DNA of 64,000 bases from Octopus sinensis (taxonomy: Eukaryota). Of this stretch, positions 63,241 to 64,000 are shown piece after piece (within the stretch, counting starts at the first letter, position 1; every line of letters begins with the position of its first letter). Made by a program: the position numbers and the translations under genes. A model generated the notes under the pieces. The model searched no databases. It saw nothing but the letters and a program-made list of their open reading frames with translations, and was not told where the DNA came from. Location of the stretch: assembly GCF_006345805.1 (NCBI RefSeq), contig NC_043004.1, forward strand, positions 29,078,001 to 29,142,000, given 5' to 3'.

Positions 63241-64000
63241 GACCAATTCTTATATGCTGAACCTCAGCCTTGTTTCGACATACAATTTTTCGTTCAAATT
63301 CTCTTTCCTTAACGTTTCTTTGTGACAATCTCTCTATTGCTGGTTATCATAACACATTATGATTTTTTTCAACTCTTGTGGGTAGTAATACAATCAAGAC
63401 TCAGATTTCAAGATACCAGCGGTTCTTGATGCCATTAAAGCAGTTCACATTGTTGCAAGCCGAATCTCCAATTCCTTTTCCACCTCCGGCTTTCCTACAG
63501 GCATTGACCTTCAGCTGTTCCGCTTGGCCATCAGCTGCATCAATCTGGGAAAGTCTTCAGAGGCAATGGACCCTGTCTCACTCTTCTGACTAACTTACAA
63601 AAATACATGGGTACTTACATACACACATTAATAAACAAGATGCTTCTAAATGTCTCGATTTCTGAATCATGCTTCTCTCTCAAACATAATTTAACTTATG
63701 ATAGAATTTAAATTCCTACAGTTTTTATTTAGTTTGTAAATATCTTTATGGCAATAGTTATTTTTTAAAATTTGCAGCAGTTACTTTAAGTTTGTTTTTT
63801 AAGCTAATGTCTGTTTTACATCGTGTTAACAAAATATGGTGTTGATAGCAATCTGCACAAATTCCATGTGACAAAGTAGAAGTATAGTAGAGGTCAATAA
63901 CTCAATAACTAAAGTTCTGATTTTGTCAACAACATTATAAAACATTCATTGGCTGTACGCGGTTATTTATTAAACTTATCAGTCGTTGACAAAGGAATCC

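Noticed and set aside
63378-63600. GC-richer block with a weak RT-like phrase on the minus strand (EVEKELEIRLA)
   Set aside because: Stops in the relevant frames and no diagnostic motif; cannot be assigned to a host exon or an element.
63731-63790. tttag|TTTGTAAA could give F-C-K in phase with the first RING exon
   Set aside because: The following residues do not match BMI1, and the real exon is already identified.

Overview
AT-rich, microsatellite-dense eukaryotic DNA. The SINE, LINE and Penelope content resembles an octopod cephalopod genome (inference, not verified). The only host gene I can support is a plus-strand BMI1/PCGF-type Polycomb RING finger gene. Two spliced coding exons (59248-59360, 60982-61078) together encode a complete C3HC4 RING domain; its other exons were not found in the window. 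Most of the rest is transposable-element debris: several R4/Dong-clade RLE LINEs (one nearly intact over 2.8 kb), CR1-like, RTE and Tx1/L1 fragments, and Penelope-like elements with hammerhead-ribozyme-like motifs. There are also tRNA-derived SINEs, hAT and Tc1/mariner derivatives, and Helitron pieces. Most ORFs in the supplied track are microsatellite artefacts. The points most worth a second look are: a CTG where the BMI1 start ATG is expected; several minimal hammerhead-like motifs, including a recurrent CUGUGGA core variant; opposite-polarity use of (TAA)n tracts by R4 LINEs and a SINE; and a fold-back with perfect unique arms at a LINE 5' junction. I see no clear evidence of a wholly new biological system. 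All family assignments come from motif recognition by eye.
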